A stretch of DNA of 63,056 nt, counting the filler, from Octopus bimaculoides (taxonomy: Eukaryota): assembly GCF_001194135.2 (NCBI RefSeq). It is 3 parts of 3 records of this genome, joined end to end, with 100 filler letters (N's around TTAATTAATTAA, not from the genome) between each part and the next. Parts side by side here need not be neighbours in the genome. Positions count along the whole stretch, not along the records: positions 31,236 to 63,056 come from NC_068982.1; 2 more parts are not named here. One strand, given 5' to 3'. The notes below the pieces were generated by a model. The model had not been told where the DNA came from, did no database searches, and saw only the letters and a list, made by a program, of their open reading frames with translations. Positions 51,687 to 63,056 of the stretch are shown piece by piece. Position 1 is the stretch's first letter, and every line of letters begins with the position of its first letter. The translations under genes were made by a program, and so were the position numbers.

Positions 51687-52455
51687 GGATTAGTAGTAGT
51701 TCAGGCATTCAGCTTATGATCATAAGATCATGAGTTCAATACACATTGGCACATTGTTCCCTTGAGTAAGACATTTTATTTCACATTGCTCCAGTTCACT
51801 CAGCTGGCAAAAATCAGTTGTACCTGTAATTCAAAGGCCAGCCTTGTCACTTTCTGTGTCATGCTGAATCTCCCTGAGAACTATGTTAAGGGGCGATCAT
51901 TCGATAGTAGTATGCTGGTCGTCAACCAGTTTGTCAGCTGGTCAACATGTTTCCATAAAGAAAGAGGGAAAGGGCGTTAGTCAGCGCCAGCAGGGACTCC
52001 TAACCCTAACCTTCCCCCTCTCTTAAGAACACATGTCACTTATCACTCACTTTATCTCTCTCTCTCTCTCTTTCACACTCTCTTAAAAACACATGCCAGT
52101 TATCTCTCGCTTTCTCTCTCTCTCTCTCTTGAGTGATAAGTGACATGTGTTTTTAAGAGATGGGGAAGGTTAGGGTTAGGAGTCCCTGCTGTCTGCTGTC
52201 TGCTGGCGCTGACTAACGCCCTTTCCCTCTGAATTGATGTATTGATGTAAACAAAGACATTGATGTAAACAAAGACATGTTGACCAGCTGACAAACTGGT
52301 TGACAACCAGCGTACTACTATCGAATGATCGCCTGTTAAGAGTACCTGTGTTTGTGGATATCTTAGCCACTTGCATGTTTATTTCACAGGCAGGCTATTC
52401 CATTGATTGGATCAAATGGAATCCTCGTCATCTTAACCAACAGAGTACCAGTTAG
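51687..52455 (+). mobile_element. SINE family C-type host, interrupted by a MITE
   Basis: The sequence on either side of the insert rejoins as GAGAACTATGTTAAG(G/A)GTACCTGTG, matching the intact copy at 12735-12765. Confidence 0.75.
51892..52333. mobile_element. 442-bp foldback MITE (Merlin-like GG termini, 8-bp TSD)
   Basis: Outer arms GGCGATCATTCGATAGTAG..CAACATG (~60 bp) and inner arms 51963-52049 / 52130-52230 are inverted. Flanks TGTTAAGG / TGTTAAGA. TAACCCTAACC lies within the inner arms. Confidence 0.8.
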
Positions 52456-52626
52456 TTATACACTTGCACATATGTACACACACAAATACACACACTTACA
52501 TGTATTTTGTGAGTATATATGTGTATATTCTCTTCTGTATTTAATTATTTGAATTCTTCCTCTGAAGAAGGAACTGGCTTTTAACAAAGATACAAAGCTT
52601 TGTCACTGGAATGTAGATAACCATGT

Positions 52627-52826
52627 CCAGTAAGTTCACCATCATCAATTCACGGTTGTTGTATTTTTAATAAAATAGTTTTTAACTATTAATGGTGAGA
52701 TACTACAGATGTATTTTCTTGGTAAATTTTCATCGTGGTGAACTTTCTTCATGGTGAATTGATGACAGTGAACTTTCCCTGTGATGAATTGATGGCAATG
52801 AACTTTCCCTGCAGTGAACTTACCAG
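52627..52826. mobile_element. Old ~200-bp MITE with ~31-bp internal repeats
   Basis: Ends CCAGTAAGTTCACC / GTGAACTTACCAG, both explained by CpG decay of CCGG; three GTGAACTTT..GAATTGATG units at 52738-52815. Confidence 0.6.
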
Positions 52827-54279
52827 TAATCATAGATAACGAAAACAATGTCACATTTAAAACAATATTCTGCAAAAACAATGTCTTGTAATGGGGAGAA
52901 TATTACTTTGCTTAGATGGAAACAGGCAAGGGTTGGTGACAGGAATGGCATCCAGCACTAGAAAATCTGTCTCAATAAACTCAATCCAACCTATGCAGGC
53001 ATGGAAAAGTGGACATTAAAATCAAAAATGATGGAGCCATCAATATTGCGAACTCTTCATGTGTATGCGTGTACATGTGTGTGTGTGTATGTATGTGTAT
53101 GTATGTGTATATATGTGTGTGTATTCTTCTAAGGAAGAATTTGGAAATAATAGAGTTTTTAAACTAATGTTATTATTTAATTCTGCTGTGATGCTGGTGT
53201 GTAAATATCGTTATAGTTGTTTAGCTTCTGGCCAATCCTGAGTGAGTAAATCTACGATCAAAGCATTCTAGCTGTGACCACCTTGTTTTATTTTAAAATA
53301 TTTGTAACACCTCGTCGTCGTCGTCATCGTCGTCGTTGTCGTCATCATCATCATTTACATTTGCTTTTTCATATTGGCATGAATAGAACAGGTTTCCTGA
53401 GGCAGTTTTTTTTTTTTTGGTCAAATGCCATTCCTATCATCAACCCTTTTAGTTACTTCTTACAACATATGGAAACACAGAGTGTATCTATTCTAAAACT
53501 GGATATATATTGTACAGAAAAGTATGTGCAACTACTGCATCATTTCCATTTTAAAGGACACCTAAATTTGATTTCAGAAATATTTGGCTGCTATTTCTAG
53601 ATCAAGCCAAGCAAACAAACAGAAGTTCCTTCATTGATCGATAGCTAGGTGTATCTGGGTAACTGGAGTAATTCAAATAACATACCAAGGTATAATTAGA
53701 AAACCTTCATTGATTTTAAACATTAATCTGCTTGTTTCTAATCACTGGATTAATTTTATTTTTATGCATAATCTGTGATAACAAGATAACTAATATTTTT
53801 CTTGATCCTAATGATCCATAGACTGATTGATTATCACACATTTTTGTAGCATAAAGTAACTGAGAGATTAATTTGGTTCTTCCATATTTTTTTTCTTACA
53901 TTTAGTCAACATAAAATTAGTTTGGAAAAAGTGATTTAAGCAAATTCATAAGTTTTTTATTGTCAGATTTTGTGGGTTGCATAAAGCCTGACACTAAAGT
54001 TGTAAAGATGATAAAAGAAGAGATGAGAATTGTTATTATTTTGCTCTGGGTCTGTCTTGATTGAGGAGACTCTCATCAAAAGTTTTTCAACTTTGATAAA
54101 ATAGTAGTAGAAACCCATTTGAAAGATCTCTGCTGATTGCATGAATAGTCTCAGTTAACTGAAGATTTTTAGCATACTCTATTATAAAGATCCTACTATA
54201 TGTGTATCATTATGTAGAAAATTTTCTGAGGTGTTTGCCCTCGACCTTATTGTTTACATTCATTATTACTATTATTAAA

Positions 54280-54725
54280 GCTAAGAGCTGGCAGAGCCAT
54301 TAGCATGCTGGGTAAAATGCTTAGCAGGCGTCGAGCTGGCAGAAACGTTAGCACACCGAGCGAAATGCTTAACGGTATTTCGTCTGCCGCTACGGTTCTG
54401 TGTTCAAATTCCACCGAGGTCGACTTTGCCTTTCATCCTTTCGGGGTCGATTAAATAAGTACCAGTTACGCACTGGAGTCGATGTAATCGACTTAATCCC
54501 TTTGTCTGTCCTTGTTTGTCCCCTCTATGTTTAGCCCCCTGTGGGCAGTAAAGAAATAAGCATTTCGTCCTTCTTTACATTCTGAGTTCAAATTCCACCG
54601 CGATAGACTTTATCTTTCATACTTTTGGGGTCAATAAAATAAGTAACAATCAAGTAATGAGCTTGATATAATTGACTAGCACCCTCCCTCAAAATTTCAG
54701 GCCTTGTCTCAATAATAGAAAGGGT
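54280..54725 (+). mobile_element. Young SINE A (about 54326-54559) nested in an older SINE A
   Basis: The old head stops at AAATGCTTAGCA and resumes at GCATTTCGTCC after a near-consensus, CpG-rich copy. Confidence 0.85.
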
Positions 54726-54753
54726 TATTATTGCCAGTACATTCCTACTGCAA

Positions 54754-54803
<50 letters not shown>

Positions 54804-55329
54804 TTACACAGACATATATACCTTGTGCCATATATATTTATATATATATATATATATATATGTAAATAAAAGGCTGGTTTACATAAAACAGTTTTTGCCA
54901 TGAGAGGAATTAAACTGAACACTAAAACCAACAAATTATTTATTGATTCCACAGCAACACTGTTGTCTTCACTAAGGAATCTGAGCTGACCAGAGATCCT
55001 TTATTTTGTCACTCAAGCCAATGAAGAAGTGTCTAGTCCAGGTATCGATAACCTTCTTCAAGTAAAAGGCCACACAAGACATAGCATATCATCAAGTGAA
55101 GCCACACTACTAAAAAAATTCAAGTTAATTTTTTCCTTAAGTATGTCATTCAGAAAGATCTACAGACTGCAAGTTACCCATCACTGGTCCAGTCAATTGC
55201 GTGACCTATTAGAAATAACAGCCGTATCTCACTCAAATCATACTTTGTTATCCTAGAATAGGGAAAGAGACATTAGATAATGTAGTCCTAGAATCCCATG
55301 AAAAAAGACAGTATTGTTGTGGTTGGCAT

Positions 55330-55610
55330 AGAGTAAAGAGCCCCCTAGAAAGTTACCCTCCAAGGCACAAGTCCAGGCAAGGTTGTTTATGGAAGACCAG
55401 CAGTTGTCCATGCATACCAATGTTATGCAAGGGAAAGGCAAAGGCCAATACAGCTTGGTATCAGTGACAGCACTACTCATTTCAACAGCTGAATCACATG
55501 AAATAAAGTGTCTTCTTCAAGGACACAATACATAGACCAGTCTGGGAATCAAACTCACTACCTCATGATTGTGAGCCCAACACTAACCACTGAGCCATGC
55601 ACCTTCATGG
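55330..55610 (-). mobile_element. tRNA-derived SINE family D
   Basis: Minus-strand head GAAGGTGCATGGCTCAGTGGTTAG..GAGTTTGATTCCC..GTGTCCTTGAAGAAGACACTTTATTTC. Confidence 0.65.
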
Positions 55611-55865
55611 CTGGCATATCTTTATCCTAAATCTGCTATATCAGCAGACATAGAAGATTTATGTGACTAAAGAAATGCCTGTATCATAAATCTGCTAGAT
55701 CAGGACTGAAATAGCAGATTTGTAACTAAAAACCACCACCAACAACAATAAAGCATACAATTTGTTGTACCTATCTAATGTTAAGTTCAGTATTAGCATA
55801 TTTAATGTAATGAGCATTAAATACTTAATTGGAAGTAATTATGGGTTGAGGAAGAAGTAAGATTA

Positions 55866-56195
55866 GGTGCAGGCATGGCTGTGTGGCAAGAAGCTTGCTT
55901 CCCAATCACATGGTTCCAGATTCAGTCCCACTGTATGGCACCTTGGGCAAGTGTCTTCTACTATGACCTCAGGCTCACCGAAGCCTTGTGAGTGGATTTG
56001 GTAGATGAAAACTGAAAGACGCTCAATATATACATACACATGTGTGTGTGTTTACATCCCCATAACTTAGCAGTTTGGTATAAGAGACCAATAAAATAAG
56101 TACCAGGCTTAAAACCAAGAAAAATAAATTCTGGGGTCAATTTATTCAATTAAAATTTTTTTAAGGTGATGCCCCAGCAAGGCCACAGTCTCATG
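55866..56195 (+). mobile_element. SINE family B
   Basis: GGTGCAGGCATGGCTGTGTGG head through GATGCCCCAGCAAGGCCACAGTC tail. Confidence 0.85.
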
Positions 56196-56374
56196 ATAAA
56201 AGCTCAGTGACTTTTCACCAGAGTGTAACCCATCAAATGACAGGTTATAATATATTTTTGTCAACATGGTTATATCAGATAATGTTACATAAGTACAATA
56301 AATATAATTTTACTCTCTTCAAATTTCATAATTCTTATGCAAAATGATGAAAGGAATTTCTTTTATTCGTTTAT

Positions 56375-56598
56375 TTGTTTCAGTCATTTGCCTGTGGCCA
56401 TGCTGGAGCACTGCCTTTAGTCGAACAAATCGACCCCAGACTTATTCCTTATAAGTCTAGTACTTATTCTATTGGTCACTTTTGCTGAACCACTAAGTTA
56501 CAGGAACATAAACACACCAACATCGGTTTTCAAGTGATGGTGGGGTGGACAAACACAGACACACAAAGATATACATACATATACATATAAATATACAC

Positions 56599-56656
<58 letters not shown>
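56375..56656 (-). mobile_element. SINE family B 3' half
   Basis: GTTTCAGTCATTTGCCTGTGGCCATGCTGGAGCAC.. to ..GGACAAACACAGACACAC, then (TA)n. Confidence 0.8.
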
Positions 56657-56657
<1 letters not shown>

Positions 56658-57817
56658 AAAACAAATAGTAAATGAGTATATGCATATATACATACAGGTA
56701 TGTGCATACCGACATCCACCTGTATGTATAGGTGCATATCTGGGTACAGGACATTGCAAACAAAACGTAGACGAGAAAACACACAAGCCACATAGAGAAC
56801 ATTCTTCTTCATCAGCTACCCCCGTTTTAACACCGGCGTTTCGAAGAGCTGGGCAGGACGCATCGTTAAAACGGCTCTTCCCATGGACCGCAAATTANNN
56901 NNNNNNNNNNNNNNNNNNNNNNNNNNNNNNNNNNNNNNNNNNNNNNNNNNNNNNNNNNNNNNNNNNNNNNNNNNNNNNNNNNNNNNNNNNNNNNNNNNNN
57001 NNNNNNNNNNNNNNNNNNNNNNNNNNNNNNNNNNNNNNNNNNNNNNNNNNNNNNNNNNNNNNNNNNNNNNNNNNNNNNNNNNNNNNNNNNNNNNNNNNNN
57101 NNNNNNNNNNNNNNNNNNNNNNNNNNNNNNNNNNNNNNNNNNNNNNNNNNNNNNNNNNNNNNNNNNNNNNNNNNNNNNNNNNNNNNNNNNNNNNNNNNNN
57201 NNNNNNNNNNNNNNNNNNNNNNNNNNNNNNNNNNNNNNNNNNNNNNNNNNNNNNNNNNNNNNNNNNNNNNNNNNNNNNNNNNNNNNNNNNNNNNNNNNNN
57301 NNNNNNNNNNNNNNNNNNNNNNNNNNNNNNNNNNNNNNNNNNNNNNNNNNNNNNNNNNNNNNNNNNNNNNNNNNNNNNNNNNNNNNNNNNNNNNNNNNNN
57401 NNNNNNNNNNNNNNNNNNNNNNNNNNNNNNNNNNNNNNNNNNNNNNNNNNNNNNNNNNNNNNNNNNNNNNNNNNNNNNNNNNNNNNNNNNNNNNNNNNNN
57501 NNNNNNNNNNNNNNNNNNNNNNNNNNNNNNNNNNNNNNNNGGGGGAAAAAAGAGATACGTAGTAGTAACAGAGGAAGAACGAGAGGGGTAAAGCGAGATA
57601 CGTAGTAGTAAAGAGGAAGAACGAGAGGGGGAAAAATGATAGAGGAAGAGAAAGAGATAGAGTAGCGTCGGAAAATATAAGTTTACGAAAACTACTTACG
57701 AATTGGAGACGCTGCGTTCAGTCATGTAAAAACAAATAGTAAATGAGTATATGCATATATACGTACAGGTATGTGCATACCGACATCTACCTGTATGTAT
57801 AGGTGCATATCTGGGTA
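56657..57817 (-). mobile_element. ORF-less terminally redundant element with hammerhead core motifs (copy B, central gap)
   Basis: 90-bp direct repeat at 56657-56746 and 57728-57817 (2 mismatches). On the minus strand GAAAC is at 56842-56838 and CTGATGA at 56815-56809. Internal 43-bp tandem repeat at 57552-57640. Confidence 0.65.
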
Positions 57818-58702
57818 GCCAGCTTCATAATCCCCTCTTCTATTATTTTGAGAGGGTTAATAGAGTAAGTAGTAAACAAGCTTTTACACTTTTTTTGACA
57901 CTCCTTAAAAAGACCATTTCAATACAATGGCCCTTCTCTCTCTCTTTTACCACATCCATATCTCTATCTGTCTGACTATCAGTCTATCTATCTATCTCTC
58001 TATCTGCCTGTCTATCTATCTATCTGCTTATACATCTTCCATTGTCTCCAAAGCCTCACCCAAAAAAAAACAAAAAACAAAACAATGTTCTGTTATAAAC
58101 AAAATCCCCAAAACACCTGTTTTATATAAATAAGCAAGATCTCTGTATTTTCACAGAATTATATTTGACAAGTTCAAAAGACAACGAAAGTGCTAATATA
58201 TGTATAAAATAAATGAANNNNNNNNNNNNNNNNNNNNNNNNNNNNNNNNNNNNNNNNNNNNNNNNNNNNNNNNNNNNNNNNNNNNNNNNNNNNNNNNNNN
58301 NNNNNNNNNNNNNNNNNNNNNNNNNNNNNNNNNNNNNNNNNNNNNNNNNNNNNNNNNNNNNNNNNNNNNNNNNNNNNNNNGTGGAAGGAATTAGAAGCAG
58401 GAATAGTTTGAGAGTGGTTGTGGACAATGGTCAGTAGAAAGTAGGCAGGCAGTTTTTGAGTATGTGTGTGTGCGTGTGTGTCTATTGTGTGGGTGTGATT
58501 TCCTAGCAATGTGTGCCTGTATTTTTTGTGTGCGTGTGTGTATGTGTATATATATGTGTGTATGTGGGTTCGTTTGTGCCGGTGTGTGTATGTGTCTTTT
58601 GTGTGTGTGGAGGGGGTGCGTGTGTGTGGGTGTATGTGGATGTGCGTGCGTGTGTCTGTGCATTTATGTGTATATATATATATATGTATGTATGCATTTA
58701 TG

Positions 58703-58747
<45 letters not shown>

Positions 58748-59141
58748 GATGAGTTATTTTCAGTAAAGTACTAGATTGATGTAATTGACTTACCCACTCA
58801 CCTGAAATTGCTAGCCTTGTGCCAAAATTTGAAACTGATATAATTTGTAGTGTGTCTCTGTTTCGCTCTATTTATCCCATAAAGGGAAATGACTGTGATT
58901 TTATTGGAGATTTCTCTTTTGGTTTACTCTATACTATCTCGAGTGTTAAACAACAAGCAGTGTTGGCAACATACTTTGGTCACTATTGGTAGTATCAAAT
59001 AATATTATATTTGTAATTAGTTGATAGTTAAACAGTATTATAGTTATAAATAAAATATATCTATTAAAAATATACAAATGAGATATTTGTTTTATATTTT
59101 AATTCAGTAAATATTTTTATTTTAAAAATTAGTATTGATAT

Positions 59142-59300
59142 AGGCGCAGGAGTGGCTGTTTGGTGAGAAGCTTGCTTCCCAACCACATGGTCCCAGGTTC
59201 AGTCCCACTGCATGGCACCTTGGGCAAGTGTCTTCTACTATAGCCTCAGGCTGACTAAAGCCTTGTGAGTCAATTTGGCACACAGAAACTGAAAATAACC
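59142..59300 (+). mobile_element. SINE family B head
   Basis: AGGCGCAGGAGTGGCTG..GGTTCAGTCCCACTGCATGGCACCTTGGGCAAGTGTCTTC. Confidence 0.85.
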
Positions 59301-59597
59301 CTTGGCAGAATTTGAACTCTGAATGTAAGGACAGATAAAATGCTGTTGAGCATTTTGCAGGCTTGCTGCCTTCGCACTACAAATTATATTAATAGATTAA
59401 TTCAACAAATATGGGACCCAGACTTGTTTTGATCGTATTAGATCTCTTCAGTGATGCATAGATTTTGCCATATTATTCCAAACAGTGATGCCCAAATCAA
59501 TAATTAAATGTATAAGATCATATATAAGTAGATGTTAAAAATTTGTATATTTATAAAGTACAAACCACTGAGATTATGTACTTAGAAACACCATCTA

Positions 59598-59815
59598 CGA
59601 GGGGGTGCTGAAAAGTTCCTGGCTTTGGGGGTAAGAGAAAATATAGGAGGATCAGTTAATTATGATTTTATTCAACATATTCCCCTTCTCAGATTCACAC
59701 ACTTATTTCAATGGTCTCTCAGTTTTTTCAAGCCCAGTAAAAGAACTCAGAAGGTTGGGCCTCCAACCAAGCCTTTCATGATACCCTTGAAGACAGGAAC
59801 TTTCCAGCGCTCCAT
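59598..59815 (-). mobile_element. Mariner 3' end with TIR
   Basis: TA + CGAGGGGGTGCTGAAAAGTTCC TIR; minus-strand KAWLEAQPSEFFY..GLEKL..NKCVNL..EYVE* transposase terminus. Confidence 0.8.
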
Positions 59816-60234
59816 TTTCAGCTACCAAAAGTTAAGTGTTTTAGCTACAAATACAAGCCAACACTTGTAACAGGATATAATTGCTAATCTATCCTTGGTT
59901 GATTGTCTGGTAAAGTATTCACCCTCTAATCTGTGATAAGACATCTATAATTTGAGAAGATTATTATTTCTTATCTAAAACACTTGATATGATAAATTAA
60001 ACATGTTGCTTTACTATGAGGTCAGTACAGAAAATTCTTCTTATAAGCACTATACAAGGAGTATCAAGCTGCCTTGAATAAAGAAGAGCTTCTATGTGGT
60101 TATTTAAATTGCTAGGAATTGGAACTAAGTTTTCCTCAAATCACTCTCAGACTGTAGAATGATGTCTTTATCAGTCATTCTATAGATTCCAACATTCCAC
60201 CACCCTTATAATTCAATCCCTTTATAATAATAAT

Positions 60235-60830
60235 AATCCTTTCTATTAAAGGTGCTAGGCCTGAAATTTTGGAGGAGGAGGCTGTTTTATTTCATTGACC
60301 CCAGTGCTCAATTGGAACTTATTTTATTAACCCCAGAAGAATGAAACACAAAGTTGACCTAAGGGGATTTTGAACTCAGTATATAAAGAGTCAAAAGAAA
60401 TACCACTAAGCATTTTACACCAAGCATTAACTATTCTGCCAGCTCATTAGCTTAATGATAACAGTGGCTTCAAATTTTGGCACAAGGCCAGCAATTTCAG
60501 GGGAGAGATTAAGTCAATGCCAGTGCTGAACTGATATTTGTTTTATCACTCCTGGAAGTATGAAAGGTAAAGCCAACCTCAGCAGAATTTGAACTCAGAA
60601 TGTAAAGGCAGGCGAAGTGTTGCTAAGCATTTTTCCCAGCATTCTAACAAATCTGCCAGCTTGCTGCCTTTACTTTGATGATGAAGATGATGATGATGAT
60701 GATGACAATGATGATGACATGACGATGATGATGATAATGAGGATGATGATGAAGATGATGACAAGAACAAGGATGAGGATGATGATGATGATGAGGACGA
60801 TGACGACGAAGATGATGTCTTTTTTTTTAA
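60235..60830 (-). mobile_element. Two CpG-decayed SINE A copies followed by (GAT)n
   Basis: Cores AAAGTTGACCTAAGGGGATTTTGAACTCAG (60350-60380) and AAAGCCAACCTCAGCAGAATTTGAACTCAG (60570-60600); GAT/GAC trinucleotide run at 60675-60815. Confidence 0.75.
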
Positions 60831-60945
60831 CTTAGGAACAAGACCACAAATTATTGAAGAAAGGAACAGTAGGTAATTATACAGTACTCCAGTGCTACTT
60901 TATTTGCTGTATTTGTCATAATTTCTATTTCTAATACAGACGATA

Positions 60946-62168
60946 CAGGCACCGGCATGGCTCTGTGGTTAGAAGTTCCAGGTTAAGTCCCACTGCATGG
61001 TACCTTGCGCAAGTGTCTTCTAGTATTACCTTGGGCCAACCAAAACCTTGTAAGTGAATTTGGAAGACAGAAAGTGAAAGAAGCTTGTCACATTAGAGTA
61101 TATATATATATATACACTAATCCACTTTGGTAAAGAAACTGCATTCCAACAACCATACACTCTTCCCTCGGGTGAAGCCCTCATGGCATCCAGTACTGCT
61201 AGAGACCTGGGCATTACTGTTAACAGCAAAATAAGCTGGAGTGCTCACATAAACAGCAAAGCCGACATAGCTCACAGGGTATGCTTCTGGATCCTCAGGA
61301 CTTTCAAGTCTAGAGACACCCCCTACCATTATTCTACTTTTCTCTACCTTTGCTCGCTCTCACCTTGTGGTCCCCCCACATGATACAGAATATTATGAAA
61401 ATTGAGGCACCCCAGTGATCAATCACTAAAAATATAGATGACATGACAAGACTTGACTATTGGGATCAAATCGAAAAGTTCAGGCTTTACTCCCTGCTGT
61501 GCCACTGTGAGCACTATAACATCTGTATGATGTAGAAAATATTCCATCAACATTGCCCAAATGATATAGGTATCAACTTTAAAATGCATCCAAGGCTTGG
61601 TCCCTGTGCCATTCATTCACTACAGGAATCATGTACGTGTAATTTCACAATATTACTATAGAACTATTTCACCTCAACTGGCCTCACTCTCTTCAACATC
61701 GTGCCAGCCCACATAAAGGAGGTAAGTGATTTCATGGCATTCAAACAGTCCCTAGATGATTACCACTAACAAATACCAGAAAAACCATCCACACCCGGAT
61801 ATGCCTCTGCAAACAATAACTTTCTGCTCGAATGGGCTATGGTGCCCAATAGCTGACTGCATCTCTTCCAGGTGGTTCTATTAAATTAGACATGGCCTGG
61901 GTCAACTTTGGGCGAAACTTATCTAAGTCATTTCCAACTTGTATTTATGTGCGTGTGTGTGTGTGTGAGTCTGTGTTTGTCCCCCCACCATCGCTTGACA
62001 ACTGATGTTGTTGTGTTTATGTCCCTGAAACTTAGCAGTTCAGCAAGAGAGACAAACAGAATAAGTACTAGGCTTACAAAGAATAAGTCCTGGGGTCGAT
62101 TTCTTCAACTAAAGGTGGTGCTCCAGCATGGTTGCAGTCAAATGACTGAAACGTGTAAAAGAGTAAAA
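60946..62168 (+). mobile_element. SINE family B split by a LINE insertion
   Basis: Head at 60946-61117 and 3' half at 61940-62168 flank the LINE, which sits at the SINE's internal microsatellite. Confidence 0.8.
61122..61935 (+). mobile_element. 5'-truncated CR1/L2-group LINE, decayed
   Basis: PYTLPSGEALMASSTARDLGITVNSKISWSAHINSKADIAHRVCFWILRTFKSRD..LDYWDQIEKFRLYSL..GLTLFNIVPAHIKEVSDFMAFKQSLD..PEKPSTPGYASANNNFLLEW; the 3'UTR matches 5720-5790. Confidence 0.85.
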
Positions 62169-62479
62169 CCACTGCCCCTGTAGCATTAGGCAATATCCTG
62201 ACTTGTGTGTGTGTATACATATATATATATGCAAATGTACATGCTTGAACACTCTGGCTGTGTCATCTTTTAATCTCATAATCTAGCCTCTTGCATATAC
62301 AGACATGTGTAAACTTGCATGTGAACAGAGAGATCAATATATGTGTGTGTGTGAAGATATAGAAAATACAGCTATTAATTAGACTATAAAGATAAATTTC
62401 AACTTGTAACTGTGGTGATATATATATATGAGGTACAAAGAATACAAAACTCTTTTTGACTAAAGTCACATGCTAAGTA

Positions 62480-62790
62480 CTGGGGTCAATGTGATCAACT
62501 GACCCCCTCCCCACAACTTTCAGACCTTGTGCCTATTGTAGAAAGGATTATTATTATTATTATTATTATTATTGGAGCACGGTGAGCTGGCAGAATCGTT
62601 GGCATGCTGGGCAAAATACTTAGTGGCATTTCATCCATCTTTACGTTCTGAGTTCAAATTCTGCCAAGGTCAACTTTGCCTTTCATACTTTCAGGATCAA
62701 TAAAATGAGTACCAGTTGAGCACTGGGGTCGATCTAATCAACTTAACCTTCTCCTGAAATTGCCAGCCTTGTGCCAAAATTTGTAGCCAT
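62480..62790 (+). mobile_element. SINE A 3' piece plus a full CpG-decayed SINE A
   Basis: GGTGAGCTGGCAGAATCGTTGG..AAGGTCAACTTTGCCTTTCATAC..GGGGTCGATCTAATCAAC..GCCTTGTGCCAAAATTTG. Confidence 0.85.
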
Positions 62791-63056
62791 TATTATTATT
62801 ATTATTATTTTATGTTTGACTTTTGCTTTGCATTTGTACAAGTTGGATTGAAGTCTCACCCAAAGACCTCAAGAGACAACAAGTTAGAAGTTCATGTAGG
62901 TATTATGCCTAGGGTACCATAAATTTGAATTTGTACAGTGTTGTTCTAGAGAATGTTTAAGAAACCATAAGAAAATTATGTGTTTGTTTTAAAATTTGAG
63001 ATCACATAGACAGTATTTTACGTATGATATGGGCAGTTCCCATGAGCACTATCTTT

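Noticed and set aside
51998-52180. Interstitial telomere
   Set aside because: Only about two TTAGGG units per side, placed symmetrically within MITE arms.
52738-52815. Three ~31-bp repeats resembling a CRISPR array
   Set aside because: No unique spacers, no cas genes and a eukaryotic context; they are subterminal repeats of a MITE.

Overview
This is AT-rich, microsatellite-dense, gap-ridden eukaryotic genomic DNA. The SINE, LINE and mariner families look like those of an octopod cephalopod (recognised from memory, not by database search). No complete protein-coding gene, rRNA, operon or CRISPR array can be supported, and almost all ORFs in the supplied track are artefacts of microsatellites or N-gaps. 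Two artificial 100-bp joins (44 N + TTAATTAATTAA + 44 N, at 16749-16848 and 31136-31235) split the window into three scaffold pieces. The window holds at least four tRNA-derived SINE families; fragments of CR1/L2-group, RTE and R4/Dong-type (RLE) LINEs; mariner and DD37D transposase relics; and hAT-like, Merlin-like and unclassified MITEs, often nested. The most interesting observations are: (i) a two-copy, ORF-less, terminally redundant ~740-bp element carrying both hammerhead core motifs in permuted order; (ii) a minimal type-I hammerhead-like motif in a Penelope-type end; (iii) a LINE 3' tail shared with the main SINE, including a covarying stem-loop; (iv) a tRNA-Asn-derived Pol III-type unit inside an inverted/direct repeat complex; (v) a switch to CpG-decayed repeats right of 31.2 kb, where four small plus-strand candidate exons join in frame.
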